Below are positions 51,090 to 59,317 of a DNA stretch of 59,317 nt, piece after piece. Location: sequence record SRR20825019_2655. One strand, written 5' to 3'. A model generated the notes under the pieces. The model did not search any database and was not told where the DNA came from. It was given only the letters and a program-made list of their open reading frames with translations. Numbering within the stretch: position 1 is the first letter of the stretch; every line of letters starts with the position of its first letter. A program made the translations under genes and the position numbers.

Positions 51090-52283
51090 ATGCCTAAGAT
51101 TACCCGCGTCCGCCCGGTCCTGTTGACCGCTCCTTACACCGATCCGAAACGAAGCGTCGAAGGCTTGCTCTGTTTGCCGACAGGCTACCGCACCACCGGG
51201 CTCGTTGAGATCACTCTCGATAGCGGTGAGGTGGGATTGGGCGAGGGCTATCTCGCGGTATTTGCACCGAAGGTGTTTCAGGAAATTGTTGAGTTGGTGG
51301 CACCGGTGTTGATCGGCCGCGATCCGCGCGATCTCGATCAGCTGATGCGTGAGTTGCTGCTCACGACGGGTTACTGGAGTTTGCAGGGGGCTGCCCAACA
51401 CGCGATCAGTGCATTTGAAACGGCATTGCAGGATTGCCGTGCGCGGTTGGAAGGTGTGCCGGTCTGGAAATTGCTCGGCGGTGAAGCGCGGTCGATGAAA
51501 CTCTACGCGAGCGGTGGTGATGCGATTGATCCCGATGGCATGCGCGCCGAGCTCGATCAGATTCAGGCGATGGGGATCGATGTCTTTAAGATGCGCGCGC
51601 GTCGCGGGCAGGAAGACAAAGCGTATTTCTGTCAAAAAGAGGGTGCTCCCCGTGGCATCGATATCGCGGTCGACATGACGCAGAATCTCGCAGTGCCCTC
51701 TCAAACGATTGAGGACATTGAGGCGTTTCTGGCCGGGCTTCAGGAGCGTGGCGGGAAGATGCCGGTGTTTCTGGAAGAAGTGCTCGGTCCGCAGGAGTTG
51801 GATGGATTTATCGAACTTAAAAAACGTCTGCCCGACGCACGGATCGCCGGTGGCGAAATCGTCACGACCGCGCCGGAACTGAACGCGCGGATCGAGAAGG
51901 GATATTACGACATCGCGCAGCCCGATGCGACGGTGATCGGCGGACTCGGGCCGACTCTGGAAGTTTTTGAAACCGCGAAGAAATATGACACCGAAGTTTA
52001 TGTGCATTGCTGGGGTGGGCCGGTTGGAATGATGGCGAATTTTCATGTCGCCCAGGCCGGAGGAGGCATGCTCGTCGAATGGCCGACGCTCCCGTATGAA
52101 TTGCGTCACACCCTCGTGCCCGGTCCGTGGCAGATCGAAGCGGGTTACCTGACGTTAACGGATGCGCCGGGACTCGGAATCGAGCTCACGCCTGAAATCG
52201 AAGCAGCTTATCCTTTCCGGGAAGACGCGACCTATAACTGTAGGGTGGATTTCTCCAAGCTTCCTCAGGTAAGCTGGGCGTAA
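51090..52283 (+). CDS. Mandelate racemase/muconate lactonizing (enolase superfamily) enzyme, likely an acid-sugar dehydratase
   Basis: GLGEGY, PVWKLLGG, KMR, D/E/E metal ligands (AVD, LEEV, GGE), QPD, HCW, PGLGIEL. Confidence 0.9.
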   Translation: MPKITRVRPVLLTAPYTDPKRSVEGLLCLPTGYRTTGLVEITLDSGEVGLGEGYLAVFAPKVFQEIVELVAPVLIGRDPRDLDQLMRELLLTTGYWSLQGAAQHAISAFETALQDCRARLEGVPVWKLLGGEARSMKLYASGGDAIDPDGMRAELDQIQAMGIDVFKMRARRGQEDKAYFCQKEGAPRGIDIAVDMTQNLAVPSQTIEDIEAFLAGLQERGGKMPVFLEEVLGPQELDGFIELKKRLPDARIAGGEIVTTAPELNARIEKGYYDIAQPDATVIGGLGPTLEVFETAKKYDTEVYVHCWGGPVGMMANFHVAQAGGGMLVEWPTLPYELRHTLVPGPWQIEAGYLTLTDAPGLGIELTPEIEAAYPFREDATYNCRVDFSKLPQVSWA

Positions 52284-52285
52284 CT

Positions 52286-54580
52286 ATGGAAGTTAGCACC
52301 CCATCTGAAGCCAAACGCGCTCTGCGCTCCGTCGAATTATCGTGTGATCTGGCCGTGGCGGGAGGCGGGCTCGGTGGCGTTTGCACCGCAATTACGGCGG
52401 CGCGGGCAGGATTGAAAGTAGTGCTCGTGCAGGATCGACCGGTGCTCGGGGGCAACTCATCGAGCGAGGTGCGGCTCTGGGTGCTTGGGGCGACCTCGCA
52501 CATGGGGAACAATAATCGGTGGGCGCGCGAGGGCGGGGTAATCGACGAAATTCTCATCGAGAACCTGCATCGCAATCCCGAAGGTAACGCCGTGCTGGTC
52601 GATGCGCTGCTGTTGGAGTTTGTCGTGCGCGAGCCGAATATCACGCTGCTGCTCAATACGGCGGTTTACGATTTGGAGAAGCGTGATGCGGATACGATCA
52701 AATCGCTGCGCGCCTTTTGTTCGCAGAACTCCACGGAGTATCTTGTCGAAGCGCCCTTGTTCAGTGATTCGACGGGCGATGGAATCGTCGGCTTCATGGC
52801 GGGAGCGGCGTTTCGGATGGGCGCGGAATCGTCGGAGGAGTTTGGCGAAGGGATGGCGCCGACCGAAGAATACGGAGAACTGCTCGGCCACTCCATCTAC
52901 TTCTATTCACGCAATGAAGGCAAACCGGTGCGCTTTGTGCCGCCGTCATTTGCGTTGGACGATATCACGAAGATCCCGCGATTCCGCGATTTGAAGGCGC
53001 ACCATTCGGGATGCTGGTTGTGGTGGATCGAATACGGTGGTCGGCTCGATACGGTCCACGAAACCGAGACGATCAAGTGGGAGCTCTGGAAGGTCGTTTA
53101 CGGGGTGTGGAACTATATCAAGAATTCGGGCAAATTTCCCGAGGCGGAAAATCTCACCTTGGAATGGGTCGGCATGATTCCCGGCAAACGTGAGAGCCGT
53201 CGTTTCGAGGGTGATGTCATGCTGACGCAGCAGGACGTGATTGAGCAACGCGATCATCCCGACGCGGTTTCCTTTGGCGGATGGTCGATCGATTTACACC
53301 CGGCCGATGGCGTGTTCAGTGAAAAGCCCGGCTGTAATCAGTATCACTCGAAAGGTGTTTACGGGATTCCTTACCGCGCGCTTTACAGTCGCAATATCAC
53401 CAACCTGTTTTTGGGCGGACGCCTGATCAGCGCCTCGCATGTCGCCTTCGGTTCGACGCGGGTGATGGCGACTTGTGCGACCAATGGCCAAGCCGTGGCG
53501 ATGGCCGCGAAGTTGTGCCGCGACTACGGCTGTCTGCCCCGCGAGGTGGCGAGCGGTGATCGGATCAAAGAGCTGCAGCAATCACTCCTGAAGACGGGGC
53601 AGTATATTCCGGGCGTCGCGTTGAGCGATTCGTCTGATCTGGCTCACGCCGCGACGATCAACGCGAGCAGCACCCTGTTGCTCGGCGAGCTGAAACCCAA
53701 CGGGCAGTCCCGCAAACTCACGGATGCGTGGGCGATGATGCTTCCGGTGAAGCAGGGGAAGATTCCGACGGTCACCTTTTCCGTAGCGACGGAGGAACCG
53801 ACAACCCTGCGCGGCGAGATTTGCATGAGCCGGAAGGCCCATAATCATACCCCGGATCTTTCACTCGCCAGTCATGAGTTTGCCTTGGACGCGGGAGAAA
53901 ATCAGTCCGTCGTTTTCGATCAATCGATCGAGGCACCACACGAAGGTTACGTGTTCTTTATGCTGCACGCGAACCCTCTCGTCAGCGTGGCCCTGTCCGA
54001 TACCCGTGTAACGGGTTTGATCGCAGTCACGCACCAGGCGAACAAGGCGGTCGCGAAATCCGCGGTGCAGACGCCGCCGGAAAACAGTGGCGTGGAAACC
54101 TTTGGCTTTTGGAATCCTCTGCGCCGTCCCGGAGGGGAGAATCTGGCACTGACGATCGCGCCTCCACTGGATGCCTTTGACGTCACGAATCTGACCAACG
54201 GCACGGATCGTTCGGTAAATCGACCGAATGCCTGGGTGGCTGATCTGTCGGAGGAGAAGCCGTATTTGGAATTGAATTGGGATCAGCCCCAACGCATCGC
54301 ACGTCTCGAATTCGTGTTCGATACGGATGCTGATCATCCGACCGAATCGGTTTTGTTTAACCATCCTGAGCGTGACATCATCTTTTGCGTGAAATCCTAT
54401 CTCGTGCTCGATGCCGAGGGACGCGAGCTCGTCGTGGAGACAGATAATCATCAGACGCGGCGCAGTCATGTTTTACCCGAACCGATCACGACGAACCAAT
54501 TACGCATCGAAGTCACCCGACCTCACGCCAATGTCCCGGCGGCATTGTTTGCCGTGAGGGTTTTCCCTGACCAATCCTGA
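52286..54580 (+). CDS. FAD-dependent oxidoreductase (FAD_oxidored) with C-terminal beta-sandwich domain
   Basis: GGGLGG, QDRPVLGGNSSSE, DSTGDG, KRESRR, WSIDLH, IPYRALY, STRVMAT. Confidence 0.9.
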   Translation: MEVSTPSEAKRALRSVELSCDLAVAGGGLGGVCTAITAARAGLKVVLVQDRPVLGGNSSSEVRLWVLGATSHMGNNNRWAREGGVIDEILIENLHRNPEGNAVLVDALLLEFVVREPNITLLLNTAVYDLEKRDADTIKSLRAFCSQNSTEYLVEAPLFSDSTGDGIVGFMAGAAFRMGAESSEEFGEGMAPTEEYGELLGHSIYFYSRNEGKPVRFVPPSFALDDITKIPRFRDLKAHHSGCWLWWIEYGGRLDTVHETETIKWELWKVVYGVWNYIKNSGKFPEAENLTLEWVGMIPGKRESRRFEGDVMLTQQDVIEQRDHPDAVSFGGWSIDLHPADGVFSEKPGCNQYHSKGVYGIPYRALYSRNITNLFLGGRLISASHVAFGSTRVMATCATNGQAVAMAAKLCRDYGCLPREVASGDRIKELQQSLLKTGQYIPGVALSDSSDLAHAATINASSTLLLGELKPNGQSRKLTDAWAMMLPVKQGKIPTVTFSVATEEPTTLRGEICMSRKAHNHTPDLSLASHEFALDAGENQSVVFDQSIEAPHEGYVFFMLHANPLVSVALSDTRVTGLIAVTHQANKAVAKSAVQTPPENSGVETFGFWNPLRRPGGENLALTIAPPLDAFDVTNLTNGTDRSVNRPNAWVADLSEEKPYLELNWDQPQRIARLEFVFDTDADHPTESVLFNHPERDIIFCVKSYLVLDAEGRELVVETDNHQTRRSHVLPEPITTNQLRIEVTRPHANVPAALFAVRVFPDQS

Positions 54581-54598
54581 TCAAGTTAGAGAGAAATT

Positions 54599-55555
54599 AT
54601 GAGTATTCCGAAATCTCCCGAGAGGTGGTCATTTGCCCACATTTCCGATATTCACCTGGGGTCGGAAAAATCCTATCGTTTCGATCCGTCACGCAACGCG
54701 AACTGGGCAACCGCGCGTCAGCAAATGGAAGCCTTCAGTCCCGATCTGTTGTTGGTCGGCGGAGATGTGACCCGGGATGGCGACACGCACGAATGGGAAT
54801 ACCAAATGGTGAAGGATGATTTTGAGTCATTGCCGATGCCGGCCTTTGTGATCCCGGGCAACCAAGATGTCGGCAATCGTCACACCCAGGTGCAAGGAGG
54901 ATGGGGTGATGGTCGCGATGATCTGAAACTGAATGTGACCTCGAAACGGCTCTCCCTGTTTGCAAGTTACTTCGGGGCGATCAACTGGTCCTTCGTGCAT
55001 CGCAATGTGCGCTTCACCGGGTTTTACGATGCGGTGATCGGTTCCGGATTGCCGGAGGAGGATCGCCTCTGGCACATGTTGGAGTCTCTCGCGAAGCAAC
55101 CGAAGGCCGAGCATCACGTCGTCGTCATTCATTACGCGCTGTTCATCGATCGATTGGATGAGTCGGAATTCGATATCACCAAAAAAGAGGAATACCTGCC
55201 GTGGTATTTTTCGGTGTCGGCTCCACATCGTCGGCGACTGGTTGATCTGCTGAAGAAGGCGGGCGCGGATATTATTTTTAGCGGTCATATCCATCGTCGC
55301 CGTCCGGAAATCGATGTGGAGGGGATCCGTTATTTCCAGGGCGCGGCGGGCGGCGGTCATGCGCAGTGGCCGGAGAAATGGGCCGATGGTGATGGCACCC
55401 TAGGGTTCTATCGCTGTGACGTCAGCGAAGATAAGATCGACGTGGTTTTCGTGCCGATCGATCCGTTGTCGACTCTCAAAAGTCGCGGACAGATGGGCCA
55501 TCCTCCGCGTCATTTACGGGAATATCCCGCAGGGGAGGGAATGGACGATGTTTAA
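54599..55555 (+). CDS. Calcineurin-like metallophosphoesterase
   Basis: SDIH, GGDVT, GNQD, IHY, SGHIH. Confidence 0.88.
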   Translation: MSIPKSPERWSFAHISDIHLGSEKSYRFDPSRNANWATARQQMEAFSPDLLLVGGDVTRDGDTHEWEYQMVKDDFESLPMPAFVIPGNQDVGNRHTQVQGGWGDGRDDLKLNVTSKRLSLFASYFGAINWSFVHRNVRFTGFYDAVIGSGLPEEDRLWHMLESLAKQPKAEHHVVVIHYALFIDRLDESEFDITKKEEYLPWYFSVSAPHRRRLVDLLKKAGADIIFSGHIHRRRPEIDVEGIRYFQGAAGGGHAQWPEKWADGDGTLGFYRCDVSEDKIDVVFVPIDPLSTLKSRGQMGHPPRHLREYPAGEGMDDV

Positions 55556-56744
55556 GGAAATCCATCCTGAGGTTTCGGTGAAACTGCACGATGTCGGACC
55601 GGCGATTCATCGTTTTTTCGATACGTCGCCCTTCAGTCCGTCGGGACGTTATCTGGGGCTGACCCGTTTTCCGGTCGATGATCGTTTGCCGCGCAAAGGT
55701 GACGTTGCCGAAATCGTGGTGGTCGATTTGGAGAATGGCGAATCGAAGGTCGTGGATCACACGCTGGCCTGGGATACGCAGCTCGGTGCGCAGGTGCAGT
55801 GGGGGCGCAGTGACGAAGAACTGGTTTACAATGTGCAAGCAGGTGAGGCTCCCGTGATCCGGGGGCGGGTGATGAATATGTTCAATTCGGAGCATCGTGA
55901 TCTGACCGGCGAAGTTTACATGGTTTCGGAGGTTCGCGGCGAGGCTGTCTCTGCGAGCCTGCTGCACATGGGACAGAAACAACCCGGCTACGGTGCGCAT
56001 TGGGCCGGGGTGGATGAATGGAATCGTGGGAGCGCGTCCGGGCTTGGGATCACGATCACGCCCTTGGATGGAGGTCCCTCGCGCATGATTATGACCATCG
56101 CCGATGTCTTGGAACAGTTTCCTGAGTTGCGTCACGAGGATGGCGCTTACGTCTTGTTTCACACCAAGTGGAATCCCCAGGGCACGCGGATCATGGTGTG
56201 TTTCTTTTGGATGTATCCGGACGGTAACGGCAATCGGAACTCGATTCTCACCATGGATCCTGATGGCTCAAATCTAGCCTTGGCACTGCACCCGGATATC
56301 TGGGCTCTGGGTGGGCATCATCCCAATTGGTGCCCGAATGGGGAGGACATCCTCATGAATGCGAACCCCACGGGGAAGAAACTACAGTTGGTGAAATTTC
56401 GCTATGATGGCAGTGGGTTCGAAACGCTTTCCGATACGCTGCGGGGAAGTGGGCATCCGACCCTGCACCCCGATGAACGCCACATCATTACCGATTGTTA
56501 TCCCTATGAGGAAGGTGAGGGTGCGACGCATGTGCCCATCCGTTGGGTGGACTTGCAGACGGACACCGAGACAACGCTGGTGAAGGTGCCCTGCGTGCCG
56601 GATTTCGTGGGGGCCAAAGGTGAGCTCCGGATCGATCCGCACCCGGCCTGGGATTTCCAATTCAAACGCGTCGCCATCAATTGTCTCGATCAAGGTATCC
56701 GCAAAGTAGCGGTCGTGGATCTCTCCCGTCTGCTTTCCTCATAA
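55548..56744 (+). CDS. Beta-propeller protein (TolB/oligogalacturonate lyase-like)
   Basis: PFSPSGRYL, HTKWNPQGTRI, HHPNW, GHPT, IDPHPAWD; start overlaps the upstream gene. Confidence 0.7.
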   Translation: MFKEIHPEVSVKLHDVGPAIHRFFDTSPFSPSGRYLGLTRFPVDDRLPRKGDVAEIVVVDLENGESKVVDHTLAWDTQLGAQVQWGRSDEELVYNVQAGEAPVIRGRVMNMFNSEHRDLTGEVYMVSEVRGEAVSASLLHMGQKQPGYGAHWAGVDEWNRGSASGLGITITPLDGGPSRMIMTIADVLEQFPELRHEDGAYVLFHTKWNPQGTRIMVCFFWMYPDGNGNRNSILTMDPDGSNLALALHPDIWALGGHHPNWCPNGEDILMNANPTGKKLQLVKFRYDGSGFETLSDTLRGSGHPTLHPDERHIITDCYPYEEGEGATHVPIRWVDLQTDTETTLVKVPCVPDFVGAKGELRIDPHPAWDFQFKRVAINCLDQGIRKVAVVDLSRLLSS

Positions 56745-56774
56745 CTTCATTCAGTCCCTTAACCTAAAAATTCT

Positions 56775-57545
56775 ATGAACCAAACTCCCCCCAGTGATAT
56801 TGCGAAACGCTACCGTGAAGGCATGACGGAGCGTCTCAACACGATGACCAACACTCAGCAGGACGCCATCAATCAGGCGGCCCAGATGTTTTACGAACAG
56901 ATCAAGGCCGATCGCCTAATCCATGTTTACGGGGTGGGCGGACATTCCTATGTCGGCAGTGAGGAGTTCTTTTTCCGCGCCGGTGGCCTGGCCAATATCA
57001 GTCCGATGTTCGAAGCGAGTCTCGCCCTCGGCGGCGGCGGCCAGAAATCCACGATGTTGGAACGTCAGGAAAATATTGGCGACAAGATCGTGAAAGCGCA
57101 TCACCTTGGTCCCGACGATATCCTCGTGATCACGAGTGCCTACGGCATCAACGCCTGTTCGATTGATGCGGCTCTCGAGGCGAAACGCCGCGGCTGCAAG
57201 GTGATCGCGATCTCTTCAGTGGCCTTTGCCGAGGCCACGCCGCGCGATTTCGTGGCCCGTCACAGTAATCAGAAAAACATCGGTGAGATCGCCGACGTGA
57301 TTATCGACAACCACGTGCCACATGGAGAAACGCTGCTCAATCTCGGCGACTACCCGCAGAAGGTCGGGGGCACCTGTAACGTGCTCGCGTGTTTTGCGAT
57401 CAACTGGTTGGTGATGGAAGCGATTCAGCTTTGCCTCGATAACGGCGTTGAGCCACCGGTTTGGAAGAGCGCCAACACGATTGGCGGCGACGAACATAAC
57501 CAGCAGTATCTCAAAGAATACACCCCCCGCGTAAAAGCGCTCTGA
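56775..57545 (+). CDS. SIS-domain sugar isomerase (UPF0309-like)
   Basis: HVYGVGGHS, EEFFFRAGGLA, ITSAYGIN, DVIIDNHVPHG, PPVWKSAN. Confidence 0.88.
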   Translation: MNQTPPSDIAKRYREGMTERLNTMTNTQQDAINQAAQMFYEQIKADRLIHVYGVGGHSYVGSEEFFFRAGGLANISPMFEASLALGGGGQKSTMLERQENIGDKIVKAHHLGPDDILVITSAYGINACSIDAALEAKRRGCKVIAISSVAFAEATPRDFVARHSNQKNIGEIADVIIDNHVPHGETLLNLGDYPQKVGGTCNVLACFAINWLVMEAIQLCLDNGVEPPVWKSANTIGGDEHNQQYLKEYTPRVKAL

Positions 57546-57679
57546 TCCAAGGGCTTTTGTTTTCCAGCCAGCACGTCACCCAATAGTTGACGTGCTTGCT
57601 GGACTGGGACCCGGAGCAGGAGGCGGATTCAGATCTGCTGCAATAATTTCATGCTGTTGGAAATGTGATACGATGAATC

Positions 57680-58174
57680 TTATTGTCGCATCAGAACGGC
57701 CAATACCAGCACGCTGGTGAGAATTGCCGCGTTCGTCCGATAGAGATTCCACCGAACCCATCCAGGTTCGAAACGGATTCGTTCACTCTTGATCGCGGCC
57801 TCATTCATGGCGGGCAGATCAAGCGATTGCAGTCGATTGTTGGCCGGCACATTGAACCGCATGGTGGGTAACATGACACCTCCGAGATAGCTCACTAGAG
57901 CGAAAAGCAAGAGCGCTCGATCGAGATTTGGCACACGGCTCCATCCCAATCCCATCGATGCGATCAGACCGATGATCGAACCCAGCCATACTAGCATAAA
58001 GATGATCTGTCCGTTTTGAATAATACGATCGATAGCCTTGAAGGTGACGAGGTAGGCGCGGTCGGAGAGGTTCGCGATACCAGGCATGACAATGATGGCA
58101 AAGGTGAGCAGTAGACCTGCGACGAGTGAAATCAGCAGCGAGCTGATCAGAAGAACGAGAGTGAAGAGACTCAT
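57680..58174 (-). CDS. DUF1772 / anthrone oxygenase family membrane protein
   Basis: AGLLLTFAIIVMPG, TMRFNVPANNRL, WVRWNLYRT. Confidence 0.85.
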   Translation of the reverse strand: MSLFTLVLLISSLLISLVAGLLLTFAIIVMPGIANLSDRAYLVTFKAIDRIIQNGQIIFMLVWLGSIIGLIASMGLGWSRVPNLDRALLLFALVSYLGGVMLPTMRFNVPANNRLQSLDLPAMNEAAIKSERIRFEPGWVRWNLYRTNAAILTSVLVLAVLMRQ

Positions 58175-58185
58175 GGTGGGTTCTC

Positions 58186-58611
58186 CTAATAGGGGGTGAT
58201 AGGTTGGCCCTGCCCCATGTTCATTTGCGGACGAATTTTGATCCACGTTGCGAAGCAGAGACCGGCGAACAGCATCTCAGTAACGGCTGCACCGAGCAGG
58301 GATGAGCCCGGTAAGCCATCGACGATCAGGCTGAAAATACGGCCGGAGCTGTAGGCGCCGTAGACGAGTGTGGACAAGGCTAGCGCGGGAATCCTGAGGC
58401 CGGCGCGAAACGCCCCGAGTAAGACCATCAATCCCGCACCCATCAGCAGCCCGCCGGGGGCACGAATTTCAGAGAGCAGATTTGGTTCTGAGCTCAATGT
58501 TACCCCATTTCCGGCAAAGAAGGGCAAGGGATTCAGCAGGACCATGGATCCGATGAAGACCAGCATGGAGCCTGATAGTATCAGTAGAATTCTAGATTTC
58601 AGATGTTTCAT
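58186..58611 (-). CDS. DUF4345 family membrane protein
   Basis: LLSEIRAPGG, GRIFSLIVDGLP; four TM segments. Confidence 0.8.
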   Translation of the reverse strand: MKHLKSRILLILSGSMLVFIGSMVLLNPLPFFAGNGVTLSSEPNLLSEIRAPGGLLMGAGLMVLLGAFRAGLRIPALALSTLVYGAYSSGRIFSLIVDGLPGSSLLGAAVTEMLFAGLCFATWIKIRPQMNMGQGQPITPY

Positions 58612-59317
58612 GAGACCTCCTTCCAGCATGGTAAGGCGGCGGTTTCCCGGGCATACCTTGAAAAGGACTTGGGAGAGCGTCCCAGCGCCCGATGCACGCC
58701 ATCGGACAATTGGGAATTTCTACCGTCCAACACGGTTGAAAACAAATAATCCAAAATCCAAATCACCGAATCAGGGGCGCCCGATTCGCGCGCCCCGGCG
58801 ATAAACGCATCGTGTGGAATTTGTTCATAGTCGAGTGGCTGGCCGGTTGCTTCCGAGATCTTCCGGGCAGCCTCGGCAAAGGTGAGCAATTCGGGCCCGG
58901 TGACTTCATAGACCTGACCGAGATGCCGTGAGGAAGTTGAGGTGAGTGCGGCGACGGCGACGTCGGCGATATCGTCGACATCCACAAAGGGCTCCCTGAC
59001 GTCGCCGGCCGGCAACGTGATGTGACCGTTTTGGACCATTTCCAGAAAGGCTCCTTCGGAGAAGTTCTGGTTGAACCAGCTCGCACGAACGATGGACCAT
59101 TCGAGTCCGCTGGCTTGCACGATCTGTTCGCAGGCCTGAGCCTCTTTTTCACCGCGTCCGGAAAGGAGCACGATTCGTCGCACCCCGGAGGTCTTGGCGT
59201 GATTCACGAATGATTGGATTGAGTCGGTGGCTCCGGGGATGGCGAGATCCGGGACATAGCTGAGGTAGACGGCATCCACATTTTGCAGACAGGCGTCCCA
59301 GCCGGATTCGTGGTTCC
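58608..59317 (-). CDS. NmrA-family NAD(P)-binding protein (5' end off the window)
   Basis: PDLAIPGA, VLLSGRGE, RASWFNQNFSE, FVDVDDIADVA, YEVTGP. Confidence 0.9.
   Translation of the reverse strand, partial: NHESGWDACLQNVDAVYLSYVPDLAIPGATDSIQSFVNHAKTSGVRRIVLLSGRGEKEAQACEQIVQASGLEWSIVRASWFNQNFSEGAFLEMVQNGHITLPAGDVREPFVDVDDIADVAVAALTSTSSRHLGQVYEVTGPELLTFAEAARKISEATGQPLDYEQIPHDAFIAGARESGAPDSVIWILDYLFSTVLDGRNSQLSDGVHRALGRSPKSFSRYARETAALPCWKEVS

Noticed and set aside
58745-58766. AATCCAAAATCCAAATC short repeat
   Set aside because: Falls in NmrA coding sequence (VIWILDY); coincidental.
57680-59317. NmrA-DUF4345-DUF1772 cluster as a novel system
   Set aside because: To my knowledge a commonly seen gene grouping, and truncated here; nothing distinctive is visible.

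Overview
Bacterial chromosomal window with moderately high GC. The gene content (TIGR03790, DUF5069, many TonB-dependent receptors) suggests Verrucomicrobiota/Opitutales, which is an inference. From left to right: (1) a secreted GH18 chitinase-like gene running off the left edge and missing from the ORF track, three small exported proteins and xylA; (2) a ~13 kb minus-strand iron-uptake locus with 4 TonB-dependent receptors, 2 PepSY-TM (FoxB-like) proteins, a free flavodoxin, a very divergent HemS/ChuS-fold protein carrying CPCC, a small CxxCxxxC protein and a coupled small membrane ORF, with a repeated Fur-like 7-1-7 box; (3) housekeeping genes aroB, lpxA, pdxA, an IscA-type carrier, infC, an amidase, an S1/P1 nuclease, crcB and clpP; (4) a sufCBD-sufT operon led by an Irr/PerR-like Fur-family gene with two ICE-like boxes; (5) an AKR/creatininase pair with twin 21-bp palindromes between them, DUF5069, opgG-X-opgH, trxB, a bPH_2 pair, a UvrD helicase, proB, frr and pyrH; (6) a six-gene putative sugar/sugar-acid catabolic operon and a partial NmrA-DUF4345-DUF1772 cluster. 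I found no rRNA, tRNA, CRISPR array or transposase. The best candidates for an undescribed system are the iron-release module at 6846-11054 and the catabolic operon at 50131-57545. All family calls come from reading motifs by eye; no database searches were run.
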